A DNA stretch of 61,558 nt, filler included, from Globobulimina sp. (GCA_003354225.1; 24 parts of 24 records of this genome joined end to end with filler, not necessarily neighbours in it), one strand, 5' to 3'. Positions 43,683-56,976 are shown, numbered from the whole stretch's first letter. Numbers and translations are program-made. The notes: generated by a model not told the origin, from the sequence alone.

Positions 43683-46150
43683 GTCATAACGCTAGCTGTA
43701 CTGTATTGCATTTTATTTCTATATTCCAATCTAAAACTACTGCTTTCATGGTGTATTGTCGGATTGCAAGTTAGATAAAAATTGCATTTTATTTAAAAAT
43801 GAATTGCAAATTACATAACTACGTACGTACACAGAAAGGAATTGTGTCAGTATTAGCAGCAGCATATATTTTACTGTTGTTCTTTGATTTATTAATGATA
43901 GTTATGATTGCATCATATCATAACGACCTGGCCCAACAACAGTATGTGGACCACAGTAAATTGCCATTATTTGTTCGCATTATCGGCGAATATATCATCT
44001 TATATTTAAATTTCGTCATCAACGGTATTATCTTATTATGTTTCCTGTTATTTTTTTCTGGTTTATTTGGTCTATCATTCAATCGAAAGCATACCATATA
44101 CGGTGTCATTATCATAGATATCATATATTTTGCCATAACTCTGATATCAGCGATGTTGATTGAATTTGCTGCTATAAATATCATATCAATCGCTATTTTA
44201 TCATACATCTATATCACGACCTTATTAATAAACACAGTGTGTTCCATTTTTTGTTTATACAAACTCCCCATTGCTCTTCCTATAGATTTATCCATTGGAT
44301 TGTATCAAAAAAATACATTGTGTTCCTGTTATACCACCGTAACAAGATATACCTGGTATATTTTAATTATTATTGCGCCGCAGATTCTATTTTTATGTGT
44401 AAACATTGTTGGAATTAATATATGGGACTTTCATATTGATATTGCTGATAATGATACATTTAATATATTGCCGAGTAAATATGCGAGGATTTTATTTTTC
44501 AGCTCGCAATTTTTTATGTTGATATGTATATGGAATGTATTACGTATTTCTATTAAACAAAATGTGGAATTAAATATTGTATTAAGTGTTGTAGATAAAT
44601 TACAAACATCTGACATTGTCAGGGAAGAGCGGATTTTATCTATATCTGACGAGTTGGCCTCGCAAAATGGAGATATTCCACAGGAAAATGCATTGAATAT
44701 CCCGCCAACACAAAATGCTTTGAATACGAAAAAAAGAGAGTTAGTACAGCAAGACAGCGAACCTTCAGATAAAGAAACAGAAACAGAAACAAATGACGAC
44801 ACAGAACCGCAAAATGATGACATTCTGTTTCTTCCCATCGTTGAAAATGAGGCAATCAAAGTTATGTAATTTTGTCGCAAATATATTCGACAAAAACGTT
44901 TATTTTTTAATATGTCGAAATGTTTTTATATGAAACTATTTTGTTTTATATGTGAATAGGATGAAATGGTGGAGGTGGAAATGATAAATATTAATAATGA
45001 CAACACCGCAAATTCCAATGTTGAAGAAAGGCACAGATTCGAAGTGATTGTGGATGGCATTATGTTATATACAGATAAACGGTTAGAAAATGAGGTGTTT
45101 TCCATCCAAATTGCTCACAAAGATGTAGTGGATGGATATTACATTGATGGAACCTGCAAAATTATTTATTTGACACAATATAAAATGTATGTATCTGGCA
45201 TGGAGCTCAATGAGTTGCCAGATATTAATATTGATGATAAGACGGATGATATAATAAACGAAGCAAACGCAGAGAGAGAAAGTGCTCGATTCAAGGTGGT
45301 CGTTGACGGAGTTTGTTTGTATAGAGACGCAAAACTGAGAGAGGAGATATTTACTGTACAGATAGTTGATGGTGAATATGTGTATGGATATTACATAGAT
45401 GGTAGTTATAAAATTGTTTATTTACCAAAATTAAAAGTATATATATCTTCGATGGATGTTCGTGAGGTTGGAGAGGAAGAAGGACAGCAATATGAAGAGC
45501 ATCAAGCGGAGGAGAAACAGTTTAAAATGGATAAGCAAACAAGTGGTCATTCCATAGGTTTGTGTACTGTCAACATTGCATTATATGAGGTTTTTGCGTG
45601 TACAAATAATAAAATATACATTTGTCAGATGCGTTGAATCCAATATTAATGAAATGCGATGAACAAAGTAATTGTAGTGAAGCCACTGAGAATGATAATA
45701 AAGATCAGTCAGTGATGGCTGAGTCAGAGAGTTTGGACATTCACAATTATTCCATGACCACAAAGATAAATATTCAGCCAAACCTGCCGCGCATACCAGA
45801 TATTGAGGAGTCTGAGAAGCTCAATAATATTGATATTACTATGCATGGTCAGGAGGATGAGTTGGAATTAAATGAGATATCTGCAGTCGTTACGCCCGTC
45901 GTAAATATGAATGAATCACAATTGCAAAATGATGCGATGATTATGGGTCATATCATTGTCAAAGGAGATGAGGGAAATGAGGGGAATGCAGAGGAAGAAT
46001 CATCGTCGTTTTCATCATCAAGTTTTGTTGCAAATGAAAAAGAAAAAACCAGTAATAATGATGAGGCTGAGGAGGAAGATGATGATGATGATGATGATGA
46101 TGAAGAAACAGTGAATACAGAGATAAATTATTCATATTCATCAACTGAAG
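43683..46150 (+). CDS. 7TM receptor-like protein with a long cytoplasmic tail containing two ~60-aa repeats; 4 exons, open at both ends
   Basis: Phase-compatible GT-AG introns 43770-43834, 44861-44959 and 45558-45628 join three listed ORFs plus a first TM exon; seven hydrophobic segments. Confidence 0.7.
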
Positions 46151-46250
46151 NNNNNNNNNNNNNNNNNNNNNNNNNNNNNNNNNNNNNNNNNNNNTTAATT
46201 AATTAANNNNNNNNNNNNNNNNNNNNNNNNNNNNNNNNNNNNNNNNNNNN

Positions 46251-47660
46251 TGCGTTCTTTGTTGTTTTTGTTGATGATCTTGTGTTAGAACTTGTCGGCG
46301 ATGGTTGCGGTTGTTGCTGCTGTTGTTGTTCCTCGTGTTGTAACGCCAAAATAATATCATTATCCCGCACTGCCGCCGACTGCGACTGTTGCTGTGAATG
46401 TTGCATCTTATCAATAATCGTATTTTGTAGATTATTCACCAGCAATTCGCTCTGTTGGCTTTGATTCTGTTTGAATTCATTCCACATGGTTTCCATTAAC
46501 GTTTTGGCCGCTTTTAACTGAGATATAGTATTCTTATACGTGGCGATTTCCTGTCGACATTGCTGTAATTGTTCATTCAACGCATCGTTATTCGATTCTA
46601 ATTCGGTCATTCTTCGTTCATAGTCTTCCGACACATTCTTGTCGTTGGCAGAGGAAAATAATAATTGCTGCTCCAATTCAATATGTTTCTTGGTTAATTC
46701 CTCGTATTTGGTGGCAAAACCTTTGGTTTCCTTCTTAAAATGCTCACATTTGTGCTGATACGCTTTTTTCTCTCGTTTGATTTTTTCCAGCTTCTTCTCG
46801 TAATCGGTATAGATTTTGTTATGTTGCAACTGCATTTTATTCAACGAGTCAGTCATTTCACTCATTTTTTTCTCGGAACGGGCAATTACATCATTGCCTA
46901 GTTTGGAGTTTGACTCTTCTAAAATACGAATTTCATTCCGTAGATTTTCATTTTCGGCACGCAATGATTCGAAGTGAATGAACTGGCCTTTTTCGAAATT
47001 TTTGTTCTCCTCAAATATTTCCACCTGTTTTTTATAAGATATTACCTCGATTTTATATCGTTCGCTTTCCTCCGAAGTGTCTGCTAATTGTTGCTTGATT
47101 TGGATATATTCCGTGTTGCAGCGTTTTGCATCGGAGACGAAATTGATTAAACCGTTTAAGTTTGGTGGGTAATGAGAGGAATTGATGGCTAATTTGGAAC
47201 ATAATACTCGCATTAAACTGTCGTCATTGAAGAAATTGTCGCGTAATGAATGCAACTGTTGTTGTAATAACACCTTTTCATGCTGTAACGACATATTTTT
47301 ATGTTGTAAGTTTTGAATTTCTTGCGATTTGTGTTTGTTTTTCTCACTCTGTTGTTCGATGCCAACTGCTAAGGTTTGGAGTTGTTCTTTGTGTGCATTG
47401 ATTTCGTGTTTTAAGGACTCATTCTCGTGGTTGAGGGATTTGTATTCGTTGGCATATTCTTCGAGATGGTCGGCGTATTCTTCGGTCTCCTTTTTGGAGA
47501 CTTGCAATAACTCGGTTTTTACTTTTGTGTTTAAATTATTGTTCTCTTTTAATTCTGCTTGTAACGATATGACTTTGTTTTGCAGTTTTTCATAGTCTTC
47601 CATTCGTATTCGAGCTTTTGGATTTACGTTCTCTTTGTCGTACTCATTAAAAAATTCCAT
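46251..47660 (-). CDS. Long coiled-coil protein with an N-terminal KEN box, 3'-truncated
   Basis: DKENVNP at residues 8-14, heptad repeats, poly-Q. Confidence 0.85.
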
Positions 47661-47725
47661 ATATACAAAAACTTAGTCAAGTAAGTTTACTTAACAATCA
47701 GTTTTGATCGTTTCATTTTATTCAT

Positions 47726-48559
47726 TAGGGGTGTCCGATAAGTACTGATTTTTTTTCCTGTTTGAAAAGGTTTTTTTATTGAGTACTGATCTTATCAAAC
47801 ACCTCGCCAATCGTCGTCATGACTGTGTCTCATCATTATATATTGATGATATTATCAATAGTTTCATTAGAACCACGTTTATTTGCAAATTACAAACGCA
47901 GCTCAAGTCCAATCAATCAAGTCTTGCACTAAAAACATCCAAACACAAAACAAACAAAACATGGACCCAATTTCATGAAAAAAAAATAAAATGTGATGGT
48001 TGGGATTTGAACCCAATTAAATAATATATGCTCTCCTTAAGCACAATCACAACAAAATGGATAGTATTGGTGCTTTGTGTGATGACACACCAAATCTTAT
48101 TTAAATCAATAGATGCGTGTCTGTGTATGCCACAAAAACACTCCTTCAAATATTCACCTTCTAGCAGTTGTGGCTGTGGATAGCCCCAAATTATTTATTT
48201 TTTTCTTTTGCTTTTCTTTGTGTGCTATGGCTGTGGATTGCCAATTAAATATCACTTAAATCAATATATGCGTGTTATTTTTGTGGCTGTGGATTGCCAC
48301 AAATTAAATATCTATCTCATTATAAATATCATTTGTTTTGTGTTGCTATGGATTGCCACGTACCAAAATTTATCATTTTTGATACCATTTCATAACAATT
48401 ATCCATTTGTGCCATCCATTCCATTCGCATAGTCATAGGCAGGATTCTTTCCTTTTCTTTGCCATGCTTTTAAAATTAGCAGCACTTATCGAACTGATTG
48501 AAAAAAAAATGGCTGTTTGAAAAGTTTTTAAAAAAATCAGTACTTATCAGACACCCCTA
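47726..48559. mobile_element. Non-autonomous TIR element (MITE), about 830 bp
   Basis: 30-bp TIRs TAGGGGTGTC(C/T)GATAAGTACTGATTTTTTT; no convincing ORF; four internal GCT(G/A)TGGAT(T/A)GCC repeats. Confidence 0.85.
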
Positions 48560-48646
48560 TTCAAACATACCTTTTGAGGCTTTTCGATTAAATTGCTTTG
48601 TTGAAAGAAAGGATTACTTTTAAGTTGAGTTGAAGTTTTCTAATAT

Positions 48647-48718
48647 TTATTATTACTGCACGCGATTATTATTACTGCACGCGATTATTTTTAATGGACG
48701 CGATTATTATTACTGCAC
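48647..48718. repeat. 19-bp tandem repeat at the contig end
   Basis: ttattattactgcacgcga, about 3.8 copies. Confidence 0.9.
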
Positions 48719-48818
48719 NNNNNNNNNNNNNNNNNNNNNNNNNNNNNNNNNNNNNNNNNNNNTTAATTAATTAANNNNNNNNNNNNNNNNNNNNNNNNNN
48801 NNNNNNNNNNNNNNNNNN

Positions 48819-49776
48819 CTGTCAATGTAAAGCCAGCTGTAAAATTTATCATATTTCCTCCCATAACCTTGGACCATATTTGTTTTAGTCTCGGTTGAAT
48901 TGAATATTTGTTTAAGGCAGAATGAAATAGCTCCATTTCTTGCGTTTGTGTATAAATATTATGTTCAATATTGGCAGTATGCAATGTCAATATTAGCTCA
49001 GCAATCAATGTGCTTAGTTCTTGTACAATATCAACATTTATTATTTCGGTTCCATAATCATTACTATTTTCTAATTTATTTTCAAAAGTTAAACATAAAT
49101 AATTTAAGCACCACGCAAACATTGTATGGTTTATATTTTTCCTATTTTGATTAACATTTAATGCGGCAACTAACAATCGTGTAAACTCTGTTATTTTTGG
49201 TAAATAACCGTTGTGTTTTACGGACCAATCCATTAATTCCGTACAAGAGTCTATATTAAACGTATTTTTATCTCCATTCATATTCGAATGTAATATCATT
49301 GTGGTCACTAAATGGTTATTGTCAGTGTTGTCTATGTCGCTGTAATTTTTATGTGATTGCCGCATTTTTGTTAACCAATATTTAATTCCGTATAACTTGA
49401 CATTATTACTTGATGTTAAATATCTCCATCTACTCAAAAAATCTCTTTTCATCCACTTTGTCATTGTCGTTGACAATGTTAAATGTACTTCATTTTCAAT
49501 TGTAAAATTTATATAAAAATTGTGCAAAATATATATTGATTCATATATGCGCTCGGAATTTATCCCAATTAATTTGGTTATTTTTTTGGTGTTAAAAAAT
49601 TCGCGACTTAATATTCTTGATATTATATGAAAATTATACTGCTCATTTTTCGGAAAATCATAGTGGAATTTACTTATTAAACACAAGTATTGTGCGTACT
49701 CGATTGAATGGAAATATTCAGCAATGATACCGAAATATGTATCGCATAACAAGACTTGTGCCATTGATGCATTCAT
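48819..49776 (-). CDS. Uncharacterised protein, weakly F-box-like N-terminus, 3'-truncated
   Basis: Open frame of about 319 aa; IIAEYF......LCLISK. Confidence 0.6.
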
Positions 49777-49991
49777 CTTTTGTTCTTTTGTGATGTTTTA
49801 GTTGAACTCTACTTAGATAGTGTGCAAAACAGCAATTATGTTCTGTACTCTTTGTCAAACTGCTGATCAATACTGACGTTATCTGCAGTACACTTAAATC
49901 CATTTCAAACACAAACAGAAGGAAGATCACATAAAAGATAAAATCACAACTTTTCAAAACATTTATCATTTAAATTAATCGATCAATATAC

Positions 49992-50357
49992 TTATTGGTC
50001 AGTAACATTATAATTTGAAGGAACTGGTGTATAAGAATCCGAATGCATACTTTGCAAATGTTTCATTTCAAGAAGCATTTCATCTTCACGGGTTTCCAAT
50101 GATTTCATACTGTGCTGTTTTTGCGTGGAAACTACATTTGGCGATTTTGTTCCTTCAATAGCATCATGTCCCGATGACCAACCATCTTGGTCTAGGTTGA
50201 GATATTTGTTACGTTTCCTAGTGGGTGTATTACTTATGAGTGTCTCGTCATTTCTCAGATAATAATGCTCTTTGGCCATTGTTTGTTTTTCTTCAATGTT
50301 ACTTTCAGGTCCATCTGCATCTCCATTTCCACAGCACTTTGTCAGAATACTGCCCAT
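49992..50357 (-). CDS. Small N-myristoylated/palmitoylated protein
   Basis: MGSILTKCCG; C-terminal LETREDEMLLEMKHL resembles the contig-3 motif. Confidence 0.65.
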   Translation of the reverse strand: MGSILTKCCGNGDADGPESNIEEKQTMAKEHYYLRNDETLISNTPTRKRNKYLNLDQDGWSSGHDAIEGTKSPNVVSTQKQHSMKSLETREDEMLLEMKHLQSMHSDSYTPVPSNYNVTDQ

Positions 50358-50493
50358 TATAAAAGCAAAACGTAAAACTTTCTTCAGATGGCTTTTGTTG
50401 CACCACTTCAAATATCAACGGTATACAAATGTTATTTTGTATATAATATTTATGCTCACGATATATTTACAAATTATAAGTATAGTGTTGGTG

Positions 50494-51286
50494 TCAGTCA
50501 TGAACAAATGGAGAACCAATGGCATGGGCAGAAAGTGCACGCGCTGTCTCCACTTTGTCAAGAGTCTTTCTTGCAGATAACAAGAATTCGCCGGTAATCC
50601 CACCATGTAATAAGCCGAAATACATTTGCTGTGCATGTTTTTTTGCTTTATTTCCTAATGGATTTATTAAGAATGAATCAATAATAAGTTGGACAATTTC
50701 AAATAATAACAATGGCACTATGAATAAGCCAATAAATTCTGGCTTATTGCTATATAAAGTCTCAATCATTGGTATTCCAAATCCAACTGTTTTTTGTGTC
50801 GCTGTTATAGTGATGGCAATTCTGTCATAAATATCAAACACAAAACAATTACCCATACATTTATTACTCCCTTTGGTTTCATCAAAGTTGTTATCCATAG
50901 CAATCGATGATGCTTTTGTTTGCCTTACACATGTTTCCACCGATTCTGTTCTTATCCCACTTAAAAACCAAACCAATGGCAAACTCAAACCATGCAACAA
51001 TGTCACAATAATTAACATGACAATAATTTCTGTAAATGATGCTTGAAACTCTTCATAAAATGTTTCTGAAATTGCACATAATATAATATACAATAAACAA
51101 ACTTCTGTTAATTTCTGTAACATAAAAAAACAACGTTTTATAAGTTATACTGAACAACGAATTCAACGTAACTTTGAAATATGGTTTTTTTGGTTTCATC
51201 CAATGTCTTATTTTGGTGCCAAGAAAATATCGAACAATCTGTCCACAGAAAAATGGCACAACAACTCTTAAACATAAAGACAACGC
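50494..51286 (-). CDS. SBF/SLC10A7-like sodium:solute symporter, C-terminal part
   Basis: VVPFFCGQIVR, intron 51115-51172, LLYIILCAISETF, DRIAITITATQKTVGFGIPM. Confidence 0.85.
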
Positions 51287-51427
51287 NNNNNNNNNNNNNN
51301 NNNNNNNNNNNNNNNNNNNNNNNNNNNNNNTTAATTAATTAANNNNNNNNNNNNNNNNNNNNNNNNNNNNNNNNNNNNNNNNNNNNATTGTGGCTATGTG
51401 AAAGAAAAAACAGTACACTTCAAAATA

Positions 51428-52813
51428 CTAAGAAATCAGTTTTTTTTTTCTCTTTTGAAGCACCAACTTTTTATAAACCTTTTCTCGAAATGCATTGTAA
51501 TTATGCTCATATCCAAAACAAATAAAATCCTGTCGGAAAAACTCGACCAGCGAATGATACGCTTCATAGCTATCCGCAATGGCTTTATACGCAGGCAATA
51601 AGTCGTGTTCCTCATAGTGCTCTAACCCCATCATCCGTACATAAATAGGCTCGTCCTTTAGATTCAAGGTACCAAATCCCGCCATTCTCTGCAAAACTTC
51701 ATCCGGTTTTGATAAAAATCTGCCAGCACAATGATCCACGATTCGGTCCAAATGAGCGCCAAACTTCTTCAACCTACCAACAAAATGAATGTCTAACTGC
51801 GCGATACTAAGCACTGACACTTGCGACATAATGTGCTCCAATGGAGAAGACACCAAAAACTCATACTTAAACTCCATCAAATTTTTGATAAATTCCAACA
51901 CTCGAAACGGCTCTCCCGTGATATTCAAAAACGAAAATATATCCGGGATTGGATAGCGTTTCTTGGCGTATTTATTGTGATGAAATATTAACTTATTCAC
52001 AGTGTAATATCCAGAGATAAATCTCGAAATAGGTTCTCTGTGCATGTGCATTGTATGCATATTATAGCAATAATAATAATGGATAACAAACCTAACAAAA
52101 GTAAACCCGCAGTCCACGTTTGTTATAACATTTTCAGAGAGATAGCTCCGATTAAATCCGCCAAATTTGCTGAGTGTGCCACCCATGCTCGAAGAGCCGG
52201 ACTTTTCTATGTGATAATAATGAGTGTCTGCGGGTAGTGAGGCGATATAATTTTTTTTGTCATTCATTAGTTTTAGTTTATGTGCACTTTGTATGTGTTG
52301 TGTATTCACTGTATCTCCTAACCGGTTGTACCATTTTACCATATGATGTGGGAGGTATTCATGGTTCCTTCCATACTCATATGCGGCGTGCGTCGACCAT
52401 GGAATTGTTACTTTTGGGGCGTGCTGTTATGTGGCAGTGACACAATTATTGCAATGTTATTTGTGTTTGTTAGTGACAGTACGTACCTTTGAAGTTACTT
52501 TCAAACGTCTGTGTAATGAGAGATGTTTAACGGTGGCATCGAGAGTTTCTCTGGACCAAAACCAAGGTGTTGGAATGCCTGAATTTTTGAGAATAGTCTC
52601 AAGGTTCTTTTCATGTTCATTGAGCAATGCTTGTGAGCATTCAGGATATAACAAGGGATTTCCATATATTGCGTGATCAGTGCTTTTTGATTGTGTCAAT
52701 AATTCAGAGAGAGTGTCTGGATATTGTCGGTTCATTGGAGAACTGAATGGATTCACACAATGCAACAATACCAATAATAATAGAACAAGTGTTGCATAGA
52801 AAGATGTTTCCAT
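51428..52813 (-). CDS. Golgi-type sulfotransferase (Sulfotransfer_2-like); 3 exons
   Basis: Signal anchor; 5'-PSB HIEKSGSSSM; 3'-PB FVREPISRFISGY after removing intron 52038-52091; intron 52424-52486; QDFICFGY. Confidence 0.88.
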
Positions 52814-53017
52814 TGTTTTGCAATTTTGTGAAAGTTGTAGCAGGTAGAATGATTTTGTTATCTCCGAAATGAACACACAAATGTTGGCCTATGAACAGTG
52901 CTTATTTTACAGACAATTACCAAGCATTTACAATTAGAGATAGTGAATCATGCAGTTACATATTTGTAGTTTATTTGATTGAGGTAAAAATTCATAACTC
53001 CGATTCTCAATATTGTA

Positions 53018-53502
53018 TCATTTGTATGCGTGTGGATATTGTTGCCCTTTAGTGATTGAACCAAATAATTCCAGTCCATCTTCTTCTTCTGCATCATCTG
53101 TTGGTTTTGAATGATTATTAAAATTTCAAGAAATTTCAAACTGACAAAATACATGAAATACGTAACCGGAAAGCGCTGATCCGTTGCTTCCAAAGCCAAT
53201 TAAATGTGCGCCATTTTCCATGTTTGATGTCAGACTGTTTTTAATTAATATCAATATTTTATAAATTAAAGTGTTTTTATATATGCAAACCTGATTGATG
53301 AACACAAGACACATGGCGGAGTTATTGCATTTATAGTTTGCGGATAAGACATGCTCATCGTTGGTAATGAGCCAGATGATTGAGTCCAAGTTGAAGCTGA
53401 TGCAAATCGTGTATAATTGGATGAAAATGATGACTTCACAGATGATTGAAACGATATTCTACGCGAAGCAGCTCGCAAACCATGACCCAAGCTATATTGC
53501 AT
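53018..53502 (-). CDS. Small three-exon protein with a mitochondrial-presequence-like N-terminus
   Basis: R/S-rich, acid-free N-terminus; introns 53235-53290 and 53098-53166 are phase-compatible. Confidence 0.55.
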
Positions 53503-53954
53503 TGTACGTATAAATACTAAGAAACCAATTTGTTTTTTCGGTGAAAACCTTTCAAGTAAAGTATAATTTGAAAATGTCTACCCTACAAAGACAAACTGAT
53601 AAAGTTATTATTTAAATTATGCAGACACCATCTCATTATTTCTTTTTCTTCTGTTGCAATAATTTTTTCTTTTTCTTTAATACTCGCGATAATGTCGACG
53701 TATTACCAATGCATAATACAAACCACGCAATGGACATTATAATAATTTGTATATATTTTAATTGCGATAATTGTTTTTTCGAAGATAAAAATAAGAAATA
53801 TATCGAAATCATAAGTTGTGCAGAATAGGTAATATACAATGCAGGGACAAGTATNNNNNNNNNNNNNNNNNNNNNNNNNNNNNNNNNNNNNNNNNNNNTT
53901 AATTAATTAANNNNNNNNNNNNNNNNNNNNNNNNNNNNNNNNNNNNNNNNNNNN

Positions 53955-54780
53955 TTATGTCTGGAATTCGTAACTGTGCAATGTGTGATAATCGCTCATC
54001 GGTAATACACTGTTTTAGTATATATTTAAATTCAGGTAAACGTGATTTAAATCCATCAAAATAAACAGGTGTAGGGGTTTTGAGTAAGTTTCGTTTTAAT
54101 CGACGTTTTACTTTTTGGACAAAGGATATGGTGCCGAAGTCAATTTTTTTTTCGTTTTTGAATTGTTTAAAATGTCGATATTCCCATAAATTTGGATGAT
54201 ATGAATGAGTGCCATCCTCTACGCAAGTTATTGAAGTTTGTGAATCAGCAGAAAGCATAGAAAGCATATGCGCCGTTTCAATGCAAGGTCGAATGAAATT
54301 GTTTTTGAAGGTTATAATGATATCGATTTGAAATATTCCCCAACCTGAAATATCTAAGAAAAATGGTGATTTTGTTTTTGTTTGTTTGGGGTTTGGGTTC
54401 GTTGGATGTAGTAAGTATGTAACGCATGAAATTGATTTTGGTTTCACTATTTCTGAGGAGGAGGTGGATATAAACACAATCCATCGATAATATTTATCAG
54501 TGGTTGAGGGTAGACATAAGTTACCGATATATAATGGTTCACGAAAAAATGGATTCAAATCTGATTTTTCGTCTTCTTTTTCATCATCTGTGCTGTCTTC
54601 AACTTCTTTTGTTTCTATGTCATTATTGTTTTGCTTTATTATTTCTTTTTCATTATTTTTGGCTTTTGCTTTTCTGTTCAATTCATCAACTTTGAATGCT
54701 GTTATATTATATGACAAACATTTATGCACAATGTTGTGTATGTCACTGTATGGAAATACCGATTTTTGTCTGCATTGACA
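53955..54780 (-). CDS. YEATS-domain protein, incomplete
   Basis: LYIGN...YRWIVFI...VTYLLHPT.PNP.....SPF.L..SGWGIFQIDI.ITF. Confidence 0.85.
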
Positions 54781-55338
54781 TCGTTTCTAGGAAAAAAAGT
54801 AAAGTAAAGTAAAGTGTTAATTTCGGAGTGTCAATATTGTATTTGTTATACACATAAATTAAAATTTGTTGAATCGGTGACAATGGCTGCAATTTAATCA
54901 CCACCATTCAAATCATACAGAATAGAAAAAGAAAAAAAAAACAATGCGGACAACATATCCGAAAAAAAACACGAATGAATTAACAAAACACACACAATAA
55001 GTTGTATAATAAAAAAAGAATAATTGATGTCAAAAACAATGTTTTACAAAAAAAAAGCTAACTTTAATCAAAAAAAAATGTAATTAATTTACTTTTATTA
55101 TTACTATTTGCAGAAAATATAAATAAAGACAACATATTGTTGCGATGAATTATAACAATGGACAAAATATACAAAATACTTAATTTATTACCAGATACAT
55201 TATTAATTAGTTAATAACAAACAAATGCAATCTACAAAAAAAGATGAAAAAAAAATACAAATTATAAAAATTTAGGCATAAAAAACGAAAAGAGATAAAT
55301 CTAACAAACAACAGTCTGACATGAAATATCACATAAAA

Positions 55339-56422
55339 TTATTTTGAATGTTGCTGTTTCCAATAAATTGGATGGAATTTTTTACTATGACCGTTTAACG
55401 AACTTTTAGACGCAAATCGTTTGGCACAGATACGACAATCAAATGGACGTTCCCCAGTATGCAATCGTCGATGAATGACCATATTATGTTTGACATTGAA
55501 TGATTTGCCACAAAACTCGCATAAAAATGGCTTTTCGCCCGTATGAATTCGTAAATGATCTTTCAATGAATGCGGTTGTTTGAATTTCTTCACACAAAAA
55601 GAACAACAATATGGCCGCTCGTCGGTATGTACTCTTAAATGTTGTTTTAAGTTTCCTTTCCTTGCAAATTTTTTATTACAAAACACACACAGCAACGCCG
55701 CTTTTGTATGGATAATTTGATGGATTTTCAAATTGGATTTGTGCTTAAATGCCTTGCCACAGTCCACACAGTCAAAACGTACTTTTATTTCAGGTTTATG
55801 CATATTGACCGGTGGGATGTCTTGGATCTGTTGGATATGCGGGATATGTGTCGGCGGGGTGACGCTGGTTAAGATATTGAATGGTTTGGAGTCAATGACA
55901 GAGGATATGCTATTTGAGATGCTCGTAGATAGCGATTGCTCCGTCCCGGTATGCGTGGTAATTTGCGGTGGGAAGAACGACATCGTTGCTATGGATGGCA
56001 CGGTTGTTGAGGAGGAGGAGGTGGTGGATGACGGGGATTGATATGTATTGATAGTATTTACAAAGGAGTTGAAATTGTTGAGTTTATTATTATGTAAGGG
56101 ATAATTATTACTCATCATATTGGTGAAATTGCATAAATTATTATGATTATGGCTCGTATTATATTTATTATAGAGGGTGTTTTGTGGCAATGTTTGCGAT
56201 GGCGATGGTTGTACATAGGTAGTGGAGGGTGGTTGGGGTTGTTGTTGTTGTTGCTGTGGTTGTTGTGTATGTGAATGTGTTTGTGTGTTTGCTGTGTTAT
56301 GTGAATGTGTATTATAACTATTGATAGCTGCGGCGGGTCTAATTGTTTTTGGTTGGGCGGTAATTAATTTCGAGTCCACATTGATATTATTGTATTGATG
56401 GTTATTGTTCATGAAATCATTG
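55339..56422 (-). CDS. C2H2 zinc-finger transcription factor (5 fingers), probably 5'-truncated
   Basis: Five CX2CX12HX3-4H fingers with TDERP/TGEKP/TGERP linkers after an N/Q/S-rich region. Confidence 0.95.
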
Positions 56423-56522
56423 NNNNNNNNNNNNNNNNNNNNNNNNNNNNNNNNNNNNNNNNNNNNTTAATTAATTAANNNNNNNNNNNNNNNNNNNNNN
56501 NNNNNNNNNNNNNNNNNNNNNN

Positions 56523-56888
56523 CTCTCCAAACCGAATATTTAAATAAAATTTACCACCAAAATACGGCGTATTCTCCGGACCGTCGATGGTGGCAATCCA
56601 TTCTAAAATGTTATCCGATGAGATTGGACACGCCGATACGCCAACGGGCGGTCTCAACAATAATAACTGTAATTCTTTTTGTACTCTCTTATATCCTGGC
56701 GGCAAATTCCTATTTTTGTGTTTGTGTTTATTCTTTTTCTTCTTTTTTTTCTTTTTCTTCTCTTTTTTTTCCTCCTTTGCTGCTGAAACGGAGCCTGACG
56801 TTGACGCTGACGCTGATTCTTCTGTTTTGTTTTGGATACCTTTTATTTCAGACATTGCTACATCTTCGGTTTCATTCTCTTCCGACAT
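56523..56888 (-). CDS. Ubiquitin-conjugating enzyme E2 (UBC4/5-like core) with N-terminal extension, 3'-truncated
   Basis: KRVQKEL..L...PP.GVSACP...NILEWIATIDGPENTPYFGGKFYLNIRF. Confidence 0.93.
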
Positions 56889-56976
56889 TGTTGTTTTTAG
56901 TCCTTACCGGTGGCGAGCGGATGGAGTCGATGTGAAAGTAGGTTTTTTTGGTTGGTTTATCTTTTACTACTTCAGC

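Noticed and set aside
47779-48432. Short ORFs inside the MITE as a transposase
   Set aside because: Short and low-complexity, with no DDE or DNA-binding motifs.
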